Of a DNA stretch of 64,000 nt, positions 48,631 through 59,055 are shown in pieces. Position 1 is the stretch's first letter. Each line of letters begins with the position of its first letter. Source of the DNA: an uncultured virus (IMG/VR IMGVR_UViG_3300034061_003767) (lineage: Duplodnaviria; Heunggongvirae; Uroviricota; Caudoviricetes); the IMG/VR virus record IMGVR_UViG_3300034061_003767. One strand, written 5' to 3'. The position numbers were made by a program, and so were the translations under genes. The notes beneath the pieces are model-generated. The model was not told where the DNA came from and ran no database searches. It saw only the letters and a program-made list of their open reading frames with translations.

Positions 48631-49679
48631 GATTTCCTAGAATTTTTAAATTGTTGATTAGATTGGACTACTAGATTTCTTCTAACGTCCGGGAGTTCTG
48701 TTTCGTTTAGCTCTTTACCCGTTTGTGCTAATATGGTTTGTCTTTCTTTAATTGTATGTCTGGCATTTGGATCATTAAGGTCAAAAATATTACTAGCTTC
48801 TTCTTTAGATTTTGCCATAACAAAGATTTCACCAGCTTTATCTAATTTTTTACCCTCAAGTAATTTTTCTGTTCTGTTTTTATTTCTAAGTTTTTCATTT
48901 TCTTTACGCTGAACAATCATCCATCCGTCAAACATATCATCATCTTCGAACACAGAATCTGGTGGACATTCTGGATGCTCCATAGCAGCATCATACATTT
49001 TGGTTAAAATGACCAGAGTTCTTTGTTCGTCCGTCCAATTTATTGTTGATCTATCAAATAGATTTTCTTTATTTGCAGACCAAAAGTTTTTCCACACATC
49101 GCTTCTAGCTATGCTCCTAAACACACTAACATCAATTATGTTTTCTGATATAGCTAACGATAACTCATTTAATGATCTATAATCAGCATCCTCGTAGCAA
49201 GAAAAAATTTTATTATTTTCACAATCAAATATACTATTTACAAGTATATAATTATTTTTAACCGACTGAATAAATCCTTCTACCGTATATTGATCTAGTG
49301 AGTGTCTAATACTATATAATTTATTATATGAGCCAACAGTATTTAATAGTGTTCTTTTTATACTTTTAATTTTAGATGGATTTAAAAAGTTTTTATATAG
49401 ATCTATTTTCAAATTATCTATTTGTTCCTCTAGCTTTTTAAGATTATCATCTCCTCCATAAGACCATAATCCTATATTAACTAAATAGTCTACTATGTCT
49501 GATTCCTGGATCCATTCATTAAATTTATTTTTATCAAATTCTTCTTGAGCTAATAATTCTGCTTGATACTTTATATCCGTATTTGGATATATAAGTTTAT
49601 ATTTAATATTATTATATATAAATATGTAATATCCAGATAGTATTCTAGATACATACATACCAAGCAATCTTTGATCCAT
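48627..49679 (-). CDS. putative tail assembly protein
   Basis: Between tail tube and TMP; helical. Confidence 0.45.
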   Translation of the reverse strand: MDQRLLGMYVSRILSGYYIFIYNNIKYKLIYPNTDIKYQAELLAQEEFDKNKFNEWIQESDIVDYLVNIGLWSYGGDDNLKKLEEQIDNLKIDLYKNFLNPSKIKSIKRTLLNTVGSYNKLYSIRHSLDQYTVEGFIQSVKNNYILVNSIFDCENNKIFSCYEDADYRSLNELSLAISENIIDVSVFRSIARSDVWKNFWSANKENLFDRSTINWTDEQRTLVILTKMYDAAMEHPECPPDSVFEDDDMFDGWMIVQRKENEKLRNKNRTEKLLEGKKLDKAGEIFVMAKSKEEASNIFDLNDPNARHTIKERQTILAQTGKELNETELPDVRRNLVVQSNQQFKNSRKS

Positions 49680-49718
49680 AATCCTATGTATTAATCCGTT
49701 ATCCGATTATTGACTAAA

Positions 49719-50831
49719 CTAAGCTGGAGTATATGTACTATTAGCAAGACTAGCGTAGAAACCGGCATCTGAGCCAGAATGTGCAACAACAAAGTCATTA
49801 AAAGTACTATAACTATAAGTTACGCTAACATTACCACCGCCGGTGTCTCCACCAGTGTAATTAACACTTGTTAACTTATTCTTTGTGCCAAGATAAATTC
49901 TTGTACCTTCGCAACTCTCAATAAAGATAGTTTCGTCAACAAGATTATGACGAGCATTGCACTGTGCGGTGTTTGTTGGGGCCACAGTGGTGCCTGTCAA
50001 GCCTAGGTAGTAACCGTCTTCTGTAGCATTAATCATATCCCCAGTAATAGCAGCAACTTCGAATTCGCAAGTAACTTCGACTGGGAATGTAACATAACGA
50101 TGATAAGGAGCGTATGTGCCTAGTTCGTTGATTGCTTCACGACCAAAATCACAACTTACTGTGATATTTTGTAAATGTGCAGCAAAACCACTACCGTTAC
50201 CTATAGCGTTGTTTGTACCACTACTACTAATACCAGGAATTTGTGTTGGAAAACGACAGGCACTCATGTTGAGATACTTTCTACGACCAACACCACTTGC
50301 AGATTCGGGTTCGTCTGTGTTATCAAACGCACCAGATGAAGTAGTTCCCCAAACCTTGTTATTGCCCACTAGTGTCACATCTTCTGTAAAATTACCATCC
50401 ACAGGAAAAGTATAACTAACACTACTAACATACATACCAGAGCATACTAGATCAGTAAAAGATGTTCCACTAGCACTAATGTTGGTGTCTGGGAAAATGG
50501 ATAATCTCATATCTGTACGAGCATTTTGACGGCCAGGAATGGTGGGATTAGAAGCAACTAATCCAGCGCCCACACTAGAGCCAGTTTCTGTAGCTAAGGT
50601 ATAGATTAATGGATAACCGTCTAATACTTTATTAAGAGTAACCTCAATATCTGGTACTTCTTCAACGTTTTGATAAATAGCAAGTTGACCCATTTCGAAT
50701 ACTTGCTCTAGATTAAAATTAGTAGTAATTCCTAATGTTTGAAGGCCGTGAATAGGAGTTTGGGTAGCAGCATTAGCAGCGGGGCCTACTTTAACTTGTT
50801 GAATTGCGTAGTAAATACGATTATTAGCCAT
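49719..50831 (-). CDS. major tail (tube) protein
   Basis: IHGLQTLGITTNFNLEQVFEMGQ; two similar beta-rich halves; GGAG RBS; high-expression codon usage. Confidence 0.7.
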   Translation of the reverse strand: MANNRIYYAIQQVKVGPAANAATQTPIHGLQTLGITTNFNLEQVFEMGQLAIYQNVEEVPDIEVTLNKVLDGYPLIYTLATETGSSVGAGLVASNPTIPGRQNARTDMRLSIFPDTNISASGTSFTDLVCSGMYVSSVSYTFPVDGNFTEDVTLVGNNKVWGTTSSGAFDNTDEPESASGVGRRKYLNMSACRFPTQIPGISSSGTNNAIGNGSGFAAHLQNITVSCDFGREAINELGTYAPYHRYVTFPVEVTCEFEVAAITGDMINATEDGYYLGLTGTTVAPTNTAQCNARHNLVDETIFIESCEGTRIYLGTKNKLTSVNYTGGDTGGGNVSVTYSYSTFNDFVVAHSGSDAGFYASLANSTYTPA

Positions 50832-50896
50832 AATTAATCTCCATTTAAACTATATGTATTTTCGGGCTATGTTCTTATACACCCAATTTTTTAAAA

Positions 50897-51850
50897 TCAT
50901 GTAGAAATTATTTCCAGAGTTAGTCTAGCTGCTCCTTGATGCAAATTGATATGTTTAGAGTCTAATTCTATCAAATTAATATTTTTAATAAAACATTTTC
51001 TCCAAGAATATTGAGATATTAAGTCTGGATACATTAAAGCATTATTTTTAATATCTCCATTATAATCTAGAGGAAAATCATCATTTTGACTAACGCTATT
51101 CGTATCAAATAAAGATAAAGTACTATCTTGTTGGAGTCGGATTATATCTAATAACTTATTTCGATCATTTTTATTTTCGCTTAAAATATATAGCACTATA
51201 TCTTGTTCTAGCCATAAAAGACTATTGCCTAGTTCATACGGTCTTGATCTAGATGATGGAATACTCTCTATTATTATACATGGGAGTTGTATTCTGTGGT
51301 AGGAGCCTATAGACCACTCTCCTGATTCATTCTGATTTATATCCAAATTACCAGTATTAAAAGAGCTATATTGTATAAGATTAAACCAGGGTGATTCTGA
51401 TGATCTTAGTACTTGCACAAATCTATAGCTATAATCTAATTCTACATTAGCGTTTTTAGATATAGGAGTATAGAATATTATTCTGCCATTTGGATAGTCT
51501 ACAAAAAAATTATTATTTTTATTTACAACCGATCCATTCACTAGAACACTACCTATAGAGATAGGACTAGTAGAGTTGTAAAAAGAACCAGTTTCCCAAA
51601 CCCAATCCTTTCTGATACTTTGCCAAACAGAACCATCTGGATAAGATGGGTCTTCTACGTGACGAAGCTTATAGTGGTTATTGGTTCCGTATAGTGTTTC
51701 TTGAGGTTTAACAACATCAAACCAAGATCCTATCTTGAGAAAAGACCAGTCTAAATACATTTTAAAATTAGCTTCTAAAATATTAAGCAGTAGGTCTTGC
51801 GATATATTGTCTACTCCCTTAAAACAACTATTAAAATCGCAACTACTCAT
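50897..51850 (-). CDS. tail terminator / neck protein
   Basis: QLPCIIIE...YELG...RNKLLDII; VDYPNGRIIF insertion; lies just before the tail tube gene. Confidence 0.55.
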   Translation of the reverse strand: MSSCDFNSCFKGVDNISQDLLLNILEANFKMYLDWSFLKIGSWFDVVKPQETLYGTNNHYKLRHVEDPSYPDGSVWQSIRKDWVWETGSFYNSTSPISIGSVLVNGSVVNKNNNFFVDYPNGRIIFYTPISKNANVELDYSYRFVQVLRSSESPWFNLIQYSSFNTGNLDINQNESGEWSIGSYHRIQLPCIIIESIPSSRSRPYELGNSLLWLEQDIVLYILSENKNDRNKLLDIIRLQQDSTLSLFDTNSVSQNDDFPLDYNGDIKNNALMYPDLISQYSWRKCFIKNINLIELDSKHINLHQGAARLTLEIIST

Positions 51851-52482
51851 GATAAACTCTTTTCTAAGGTAGAATATATTTGGTCTTTAACAGAGTCTAG
51901 GCTTCTTGTGATCCAGTTATCTGCTTCTGTGCCGCTATAAGTGGCGGGCACTCTCCAAGATCTATTGGATGGCGTCATAACAGCAAATCCAGTTCTAGAG
52001 TTTCTATTATTACCAAACAATACTTCATAATTACTAACTAATGTTTTATTACCTTCTAATAATAGCCATCTTAACCAAGGTAAGGAATATCCTCTTTCAT
52101 TATCGGTTACAAAACTAAATTCCTGATATAGCACGTCACTAAAATCAGCTTTTATCATGTTAATACTAAAAAAACTTTTAATTTGGTTATTATTAATAAA
52201 TGGTTTATTATATGTTATTTGCATATTGGTAATCCAATAGTTTAATAAGTTATTAACTTTAGTGTTAGCATCTGGAATACCAAGCTCATATCTTAATTGA
52301 CCGGCTAATAAAGCGTTATATTCTGGAGCATTTAATATACTATTTTGTACAATTAAAGGGATTTCTTGTTTTAATTTGGAATAGGCATCTTTCATTAAAT
52401 TTTCCACCGCTGGCAATAAAGCGTCAAGAATTCTATTATAGATATCTTGATTAGACTCTAATAGTTTAAGAGATATATTCAT
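51847..52482 (-). CDS. neck / tail completion protein
   Basis: LPWLRWLL.EG, SRTG.AVM, GT..DNWITR; synteny. Confidence 0.5.
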   Translation of the reverse strand: MNISLKLLESNQDIYNRILDALLPAVENLMKDAYSKLKQEIPLIVQNSILNAPEYNALLAGQLRYELGIPDANTKVNNLLNYWITNMQITYNKPFINNNQIKSFFSINMIKADFSDVLYQEFSFVTDNERGYSLPWLRWLLLEGNKTLVSNYEVLFGNNRNSRTGFAVMTPSNRSWRVPATYSGTEADNWITRSLDSVKDQIYSTLEKSLS

Positions 52483-52502
52483 TTTTATATTTTGTTAAAA
52501 AC

Positions 52503-53189
52503 TTATAGTGTTGGGGTCGGGGTTGGTGTTAATGTGGGCGTGACACTAACGGTCGGTGTTATAGTTGGCGTAGCTGTTGGAGTAATAGTTGAGGTGGGAG
52601 TAATTGTTCTGGTCAACGATATTGTTGGAGTAGGGGTAGCAGCCGTAGGACTAGGTAGTGGTGTTTTTCTAGGCTCAGAATTAACTCCTATCTTTTCCCA
52701 CATGCAAAATAAATAATTATTATCACCAAGTCCAGCAGGATTGGGTTCTCCGTAGAGTCTAAAAACAGGATTAGATCCTTCAGTATTATAAATAACCGTT
52801 ATATCTTTACATTGCTTGATAGAAGATAAATAAGTCTTATCACATATAGTTTGAATAAAACCTTCTGGATTATTAATATTAGGAGGAGGATTAATCCATT
52901 TTTTATAATCCCATATAATAGCTAAATAACCAGTAGAAGACGTTATTTCTCCATAGAAACCTATGCCATTACAATAAGGACAAATTTTACCAAGACTAAA
53001 AACAATGGGACCCCCAGCTTTATATTTACCAGAGGATTTTTTTAAGCTTACATCATAAATACAATTAGGACATATTATTTTTTTACTAATACCAAAATTA
53101 AATTCACACTCTGTGCTGAGGCCAGAGCTAGCCAATAACATGTCCATTTGATTTTTGTAGACAGTTTGTAACTTATTAAAGTCTACCAT
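52503..53189 (-). CDS. head-closure-like protein with a zinc finger and a C-terminal Thr/Pro tail
   Basis: CPNC...CPYCNG.G; last ~45 aa are TPT repeats. Confidence 0.55.
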   Translation of the reverse strand: MVDFNKLQTVYKNQMDMLLASSGLSTECEFNFGISKKIICPNCIYDVSLKKSSGKYKAGGPIVFSLGKICPYCNGIGFYGEITSSTGYLAIIWDYKKWINPPPNINNPEGFIQTICDKTYLSSIKQCKDITVIYNTEGSNPVFRLYGEPNPAGLGDNNYLFCMWEKIGVNSEPRKTPLPSPTAATPTPTISLTRTITPTSTITPTATPTITPTVSVTPTLTPTPTPTL

Positions 53190-53197
53190 ATAAAATC

Positions 53198-53734
53198 CTA
53201 TGAATAAAAGTCATTACTATTAGTGCTTCTAAAAGATCCTCTTAATAAATATCTTGGATCAAAATTATTACCCACAAAAGGACTAAGCACAGCACTAACA
53301 GCAGTAGCATTACCTATATTATGATCTAAGATCAATTGCTCGTAGAGTTTGCACGGCCCTTGGTCTTGGTCTAGTATCATTTTATATCCTGCTATATTAC
53401 CACTAATACTTAAATTAGCAGACCCTAAAGCTGTTTTAATGCCTTCTAGAGCGGCTTTGGTTCTGAATGTACTTTGATCTAAAATACATGCACTTTTCAA
53501 AGCTATCAAACCAATAAAATCAACATCTCTAGAATTAGGATCGCTAGGATCAGGAGATATAGTTTGATTAACAATATTGATAGTATAATTAGTAGTTAAG
53601 TTAGCATCTTTGGCCACATACTGAGCAGCAACTGTGGCTAGTTGCTGTATTCTATCATCAGAGTATGTTGGAATAGTTTCTAAGTCATTGATCAAAGTTC
53701 TTACAATAATAGGAATTTCAATTTGCCAGTACAT
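53198..53734 (-). CDS. head-tail adaptor
   Basis: VRTLINDL...YSDDRI; first gene after the major capsid gene. Confidence 0.55.
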   Translation of the reverse strand: MYWQIEIPIIVRTLINDLETIPTYSDDRIQQLATVAAQYVAKDANLTTNYTINIVNQTISPDPSDPNSRDVDFIGLIALKSACILDQSTFRTKAALEGIKTALGSANLSISGNIAGYKMILDQDQGPCKLYEQLILDHNIGNATAVSAVLSPFVGNNFDPRYLLRGSFRSTNSNDFYS

Positions 53735-53784
53735 ATTGTCCCTTTATTTTAATAAAAAAGATATCTATTAGTTATAATACACCT

Positions 53785-53816
53785 AAAAAAAAAGGCCGGC
53801 GACAAGCGCCAGCCTT
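53785..53816 (-). terminator. Rho-independent terminator after the major capsid gene
   Basis: Minus strand AAGGCTGGCG-CTTGT-CGCCGGCCTT plus a T run. Confidence 0.85.
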
Positions 53817-53841
53817 CTTTTCTAAGAGCATTAAAAACCGA

Positions 53842-54846
53842 TCAGAGAGAACCAAGTAGAACTCTACGATTATCAAGAACAGCAAAACCCTGTTCAGCCC
53901 AACCATAGAAGCCAGCTCGCTTTTGGCGATGTAGTGTATCGTCCTCGAAGATTTGAACTTCTTGACGCACTGGCATAATGAAACTATCTCTCTTGCGAAG
54001 ATCAAGACCAACGACTAGTTCAACGTCAGTAGCTGGAAGGCTAGCATTTAGAACGTTTTCATAGAATAGTTGATATTGTTGATCTTCACCAAGCTCATCA
54101 AGATCGTGTAGATTGACGCCGAATACTCTGTTAAGAGTACCATCAGCAGCAACATAGATCTCACGACGAGTGATTTCATCAACTTGATCAACACCCCAGT
54201 TGCGAATGTCTTCCATAGCTTCTGGACTAACATAAAGATCAGTTAATAAACCACGGTTGTTACTAGCGCTGTTACCACCACCATTTCTGCGCATAACAGT
54301 CTTCATAAGACTAACTAAACGCTTGGTGAATTGACCAGCATCAGCATCACTATCGTATACTACGATGTTGCGATCAACACCAGCAGCTAATAGTGTGTGC
54401 CAACCATCGTCATTCATCTTCTTGACAAATTGAGCTTCGAGAACTTCCATAGCACGACCAACAACGTCCCAACGGGCGTCACGAGCATACTTTAGAAGAT
54501 AATCAATACTAGCGCCAATGTCATAGGTTGGAACCATGACATAATCGCCTTCAACATGACGCTGTGGAATATAACCATGATTTGGAATGGTATAAGCCAC
54601 AAAGTCTTTTTCAGTACCTGGAGCAAGAAAGTCTAGTGGAAATTCTGGAGTAGCACTTTGAGCTAATACGATTGGCTCAAAAATACCATCAAGAATATCA
54701 CCATTTAGAACACCTTGACGAAGAGGAAGTTCTAGGGCCTTAGCAAACTCTGCATTAGCACCTAAAGCTACTTCCTTATTTAGCGAACCAGAACGAACAA
54801 GAAGATCTGTTAATTCTGGAGTTGCTTCAAAACGTTTATTGGCCAT
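53842..54846 (-). CDS. major capsid protein (HK97 fold)
   Basis: Follows portal, protease and decoration genes; RVFGVNL, GFYGWAEQGFAVLD; AAGGGAGA RBS before ATG 54846; strong codon bias; terminator downstream. Confidence 0.85.
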   Translation of the reverse strand: MANKRFEATPELTDLLVRSGSLNKEVALGANAEFAKALELPLRQGVLNGDILDGIFEPIVLAQSATPEFPLDFLAPGTEKDFVAYTIPNHGYIPQRHVEGDYVMVPTYDIGASIDYLLKYARDARWDVVGRAMEVLEAQFVKKMNDDGWHTLLAAGVDRNIVVYDSDADAGQFTKRLVSLMKTVMRRNGGGNSASNNRGLLTDLYVSPEAMEDIRNWGVDQVDEITRREIYVAADGTLNRVFGVNLHDLDELGEDQQYQLFYENVLNASLPATDVELVVGLDLRKRDSFIMPVRQEVQIFEDDTLHRQKRAGFYGWAEQGFAVLDNRRVLLGSL

Positions 54847-54860
54847 ATTTTTCTCCCTTA

Positions 54861-55316
54861 TCATGTTATATTAATGTCTACTTTTACATAACCATCTGCA
54901 TCTAGAGTGCTGAGGAATCTACCAACCTTAGTACTATTTGTACTTGTTATTGTGAGAACTCCATTAACACCATAGTAAGCATCGGCACCGATTGTTGGAG
55001 TACCACTAACTACGTTAGTAACCACTTGGCCTTGACGTAGTAATGTTACTTTACTGCCAATCTGAACTTCATCTTTATGCCAGTTGATGTGCTGTCTTGT
55101 TAGATCAAGATCAACAACATCATTTAGCAATAAGCCAGCGGGCTTGGTGCCGGATTGATTAGCGGCATATTCTACAACAGCGTTAGCATCATCCATACTA
55201 ACTCCGCTGCCACCACTAACATGCACAACTATACCACCACGTTCACCTGTTTCGTTCATGAAGAACGAGATATCTGTATATGCTTCGATACGATCTGGTT
55301 TTAAAGCCATGTTCAC
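54861..55316 (-). CDS. capsid decoration/cement protein
   Basis: PAGLLLNDV, KVTLLRQGQVVTN, GRFLSTLDADGYVKV; immediately before the capsid gene. Confidence 0.65.
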   Translation of the reverse strand: MNMALKPDRIEAYTDISFFMNETGERGGIVVHVSGGSGVSMDDANAVVEYAANQSGTKPAGLLLNDVVDLDLTRQHINWHKDEVQIGSKVTLLRQGQVVTNVVSGTPTIGADAYYGVNGVLTITSTNSTKVGRFLSTLDADGYVKVDINIT

Positions 55317-55987
55317 TCTCCCTTATTTAGTTTTTTACCTAGTCTGTTATACACAAAATCAACTAAAGCAGCTCTTGTGTTTTCAGCTTCAGAAACTGTT
55401 TCTTCGCTACCAACACTAAGATCAATGGTTTCTTCTGTTTCTGCTGTTTCTAAAACATCGGCAGTTTCTTCAGAAGCCTTTTTCTTCATCATCATTGCTT
55501 CTTCTTCCATTTTCTTTTTCTTCATTGGCATCATAGCAGCAAAAACTTCTGTCATGCTGTCAAAAGAAGCATCGTCAAGACCTTCAAACTTTTCAACTGT
55601 GCTTGTAGCAAGCTCGGTTTCAAAGCCGGTTTCAAGAAGAGTTGCCATTCTTTTCATTTTCTTTTCTTTTTTCATCATTTCTGCTTCTTTGTCTTTATAG
55701 GCAGCGAGAATTTCATTAGCAGCATCAAAATCTGCTTTCATCTTTTGCATTTCTTCGTCTTTTTTCTTCATATCTTCTGCCATCTTTTTAGCAGCTTCTT
55801 CTTTTTCGACAACAACAGTTTTGACTTCAGATAGTTCTGTTTCTGTGGCTTGGAGCTTAGCAGAAAGTTCTGCGTTCTTACTTTCTAGATCAGAAGCTAA
55901 GCTTTTTACTTCAGCAATAGCGTCTTTGCATTGAGACATAGCTTCGATTTTTTCTTTAATTTCGACAACTTCTTTTTCTAAACTCAT
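55313..55987 (-). CDS. nested in-frame scaffold protein (internal start)
   Basis: AAGGAGA RBS 5 nt before an in-frame ATG (MSLEKE); GTGTAT motif 33 nt upstream. Confidence 0.6.
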   Translation of the reverse strand: MSLEKEVVEIKEKIEAMSQCKDAIAEVKSLASDLESKNAELSAKLQATETELSEVKTVVVEKEEAAKKMAEDMKKKDEEMQKMKADFDAANEILAAYKDKEAEMMKKEKKMKRMATLLETGFETELATSTVEKFEGLDDASFDSMTEVFAAMMPMKKKKMEEEAMMMKKKASEETADVLETAETEETIDLSVGSEETVSEAENTRAALVDFVYNRLGKKLNKGE

Positions 55988-56827
55988 ATCATTCTCCTTT
56001 AGGTTGGCTTGATTTGAAAATACACCTATATTTTCAAAAGTATCTTTTTTTTCTTGTTGTAATTCTAGCTCGCCAATATTTTTTTGAATTTTTAGACTAT
56101 TTTGAGTAAAAATAACACTTTCTGGGTTGGCTGGTTTATCAACAAAACCCTTACCAGAGAATGTTATTTGTCTTAAAACTCTACCAATTTTATGGTCTTG
56201 ATATTCACCAACACCACCATATGCTCTAAGATGTTTTGTTAAAAATGCTGTATCCTCTGCTCTGCTAAGAACTTTGTATTCTCCAGTGCTTTTATTTATT
56301 AATCCATAATCAAAACCTTTAAAAAAACATTCCATACTAACATATTTAGTTCCATTTTCAATTTCAGCAATTAATTTTTGTGATCTTTCTTTGAGGTCTG
56401 GTTCTGTATATCCTACATAAATAACAGATCCGGTTAATATATGATATTTATTAGGTAAGTTTTCTAAGGGAGTAGATTGATCTATCAAAATTCCATCATC
56501 TGTAATAGGCCAATTAGATGTAATGTGACCCACGATAATACCTTCATTATGCTCTAAATTAGTAGGTTTATGAATTGGGGTATTTTTAGCTGCCCAAACC
56601 TCATCCTTATCAAAAATATCATCATTTTTATTCCAAGAAGTAGTAACTAATATGGATTGAGTATAGTATAAGTCTTTATCCTCCAACCCAGCTAAAGCTT
56701 TTATATCATTTATTTTTATGCAGGAATTGCTTGTAGATGGTTCTGCTAAAGAGGCGTAAGTTAAAGAAGCCTGGGCGGATAGTGCGTTTTCTAGTCCGTC
56801 ATTTAATTCTGCTTCAAAAATTTTCAT
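55313..56827 (-). CDS. prohead protease fused to a coiled-coil scaffold
   Basis: NKNDDIF, KPTNLEH, IVGH, VSMEC, FSGKGFVDKPANP; charged coiled-coil C-terminal half. Confidence 0.75.
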   Translation of the reverse strand: MKIFEAELNDGLENALSAQASLTYASLAEPSTSNSCIKINDIKALAGLEDKDLYYTQSILVTTSWNKNDDIFDKDEVWAAKNTPIHKPTNLEHNEGIIVGHITSNWPITDDGILIDQSTPLENLPNKYHILTGSVIYVGYTEPDLKERSQKLIAEIENGTKYVSMECFFKGFDYGLINKSTGEYKVLSRAEDTAFLTKHLRAYGGVGEYQDHKIGRVLRQITFSGKGFVDKPANPESVIFTQNSLKIQKNIGELELQQEKKDTFENIGVFSNQANLKENDMSLEKEVVEIKEKIEAMSQCKDAIAEVKSLASDLESKNAELSAKLQATETELSEVKTVVVEKEEAAKKMAEDMKKKDEEMQKMKADFDAANEILAAYKDKEAEMMKKEKKMKRMATLLETGFETELATSTVEKFEGLDDASFDSMTEVFAAMMPMKKKKMEEEAMMMKKKASEETADVLETAETEETIDLSVGSEETVSEAENTRAALVDFVYNRLGKKLNKGE

Positions 56828-56853
56828 AAATACTTTCTTTGTAAAGTGGTCTA

Positions 56854-59055
56854 TTAAGATAGATACACCAGTTGATACAAATAAGATTTTGTATACTTTG
56901 TTTCTTCTGCGGTGAGTGGTCTATTCAATTCTCTATTTATTGCCTTATTAAATTGTTGGTACTGATAATATTTAGTATTAATTTCAATACTATTGATAGT
57001 ATTGAGTTTTGATAAAACTAACTCTGTCGTGACTTCCGCAAACGGTTCTATTGAAAAAAAGATTTTAGCTTTGGTTGCTTCTGCTTCTTCATATTCTGTA
57101 TTGGCTAGACTTCTCATATTTTTTTTATTATAAAATTCTAATAAGATAGGATTAACAATATTAGAAATTTTGTCTTGTGTATCCAACGACCAAATATTTA
57201 AAGAAGCACCGGTTTGTGGGGAAAATTCTTTAGTTTTCCTTTTGTTAGAATCTTTGCTGTTTCTAGGTCTTCCTTGTTGGGGTTGTCCCGGTAAAGACTT
57301 AGAAGAATTATCTCCTCCTAATGGAGAGGTTTTGATAGGAGGAAACTGTGTTTTGACCTCTATAGCATTCATCTCTCCTTTTTTCTTTTTGTCTAAATCT
57401 ATTCCTATTTGTGATGGAGTAGCTAAACCAAGCTGCATAGCCATTTTCTTAGCAGTATTTTCAAAGTTGGCATCAAAAAATGGACCAGCTTTATTGACCA
57501 TTCTTTTATTTTTTCTTTCTCTGTTTTCTCTATTAAGTCTAGTTTTCTCCGTTTCTGGATCAAAACCAAAGACTCTTTGAATTAGTTCGTCAGAAACTAT
57601 GTTTCTATCGGCTAGTTGAATTAATAATGCTTTTTCTGCTTCTTCATTACTTAAGTCCATTCTATCGAATTCTATCTTCGCAGGAAATCTGAAACCCATA
57701 GCTTTTTGTACCATAGCAATTTCTTTTTTCCAAAATGCCATTAGTACTTTGCGACCATACTGTAGTCTTTGAGTTAATGTTTTTAGGCTGATAAAATTAT
57801 TTGTAGTTCCAGCAGCGCCATATGTGCCAGTTAGGGTTGGAGGAATACCGAGTCCTGCATAAACGCTATTTAAATGTGGAGTATACTTTCCTTCTCCTAA
57901 AAATTGATGAACATTAGTTTTGCTTTCTAACATTTCAATATCTGGACCCCAAACTAAATCTATGGTTCCTCCGCCAACATTATTTTGTAAAATACTACTT
58001 AGTTTACTAGCGGCTGCTGGAGTAGGCGCAATTTTATGCTCTAAACTACCTAACTTGAAAATACGAATATTACTAATAGCACCATCTAATGCTGCTAAAT
58101 CTGCTAGTTTTAATTTTTCAATAACATTAATATCATCCATGATACTATAAATCATAGGATATGCCCAAGTCTTCCAATCATCTTTTTTATAATGAAAAAC
58201 CAGAGTCTTTTCAGGATCTAAAACATATGGCTTCTTAGTTTTGGCCGCATCTATAATTGCTAAAGGTAGCTGATCAATAATTTTTCTTTCAGCATCATTT
58301 TTAGGACTGTTAATAATTTTGCGTAGTCCTGCTGGAATAACAATAGAATAAGTTTTATTTTGAACGAATGATGATAGTGATCCTCCAATAACATCTACAT
58401 ATATAGGATCAATAAAAGTATATTTCCAAGGAATTTCTCTTTTTTCTACTTTGGGTTCGTTTTGATTAATAATTAAATCTGGACTTCCGACACTCTTATA
58501 TAGGCTATCTTCAACTTTTACACTAATCTTAGCAGTTTGTCTATTGATAACAACATTACCAACACGATATAAATTATTTAAAAATCTTTCGCTTCTTTCT
58601 TCGCCACTAACTTTATCAAACCAATTTCTATAAAATCTTTCTATTCTTTTATTTGGATGAACCAATCTAATCCCTTGACAAGCAAAATCTCCCATAAGAT
58701 CAATAACATTTTTTACTAATCCAACTCTGTTATAAACGACATCTGCTTTATTTAGTATTCCTTTAATGTGGGTAGGAATACTTTCTTCTGGTCTAAAATA
58801 GTCATAATCACTACGTGTTAATCCAGGACGCCCACTAGTTGGTCCGTCAAGATTAGAAAAATCCAAACGATACCTACTGTTGTTGGCGGTACTTTTATCT
58901 ATTACGGTAAATTCATCTAAAGCTTTTGATGCTTCATTTAATGCTGCTCTTTTATCATCTAGATTTTCATCTCCCCATGTAACATATGCTTGTTCTGGAG
59001 GTAGTATTTCAGCGTTTGGAATGGCCGCATTAGTTTTGTTTGGATTATCTGTCAT
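56854..59055 (-). CDS. portal protein
   Basis: Between terminase and protease; YNRVGLVKNVIDLMGDF, VYAGLGIPP. Confidence 0.8.
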   Translation of the reverse strand: MTDNPNKTNAAIPNAEILPPEQAYVTWGDENLDDKRAALNEASKALDEFTVIDKSTANNSRYRLDFSNLDGPTSGRPGLTRSDYDYFRPEESIPTHIKGILNKADVVYNRVGLVKNVIDLMGDFACQGIRLVHPNKRIERFYRNWFDKVSGEERSERFLNNLYRVGNVVINRQTAKISVKVEDSLYKSVGSPDLIINQNEPKVEKREIPWKYTFIDPIYVDVIGGSLSSFVQNKTYSIVIPAGLRKIINSPKNDAERKIIDQLPLAIIDAAKTKKPYVLDPEKTLVFHYKKDDWKTWAYPMIYSIMDDINVIEKLKLADLAALDGAISNIRIFKLGSLEHKIAPTPAAASKLSSILQNNVGGGTIDLVWGPDIEMLESKTNVHQFLGEGKYTPHLNSVYAGLGIPPTLTGTYGAAGTTNNFISLKTLTQRLQYGRKVLMAFWKKEIAMVQKAMGFRFPAKIEFDRMDLSNEEAEKALLIQLADRNIVSDELIQRVFGFDPETEKTRLNRENRERKNKRMVNKAGPFFDANFENTAKKMAMQLGLATPSQIGIDLDKKKKGEMNAIEVKTQFPPIKTSPLGGDNSSKSLPGQPQQGRPRNSKDSNKRKTKEFSPQTGASLNIWSLDTQDKISNIVNPILLEFYNKKNMRSLANTEYEEAEATKAKIFFSIEPFAEVTTELVLSKLNTINSIEINTKYYQYQQFNKAINRELNRPLTAEETKYTKSYLYQLVYLS

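Noticed and set aside
47471..49679. Programmed -1 frameshift of the tail chaperone (G/GT type)
   Set aside because: The ORFs have their own starts with ATGA overlaps and I found no convincing slippery site at the junctions.
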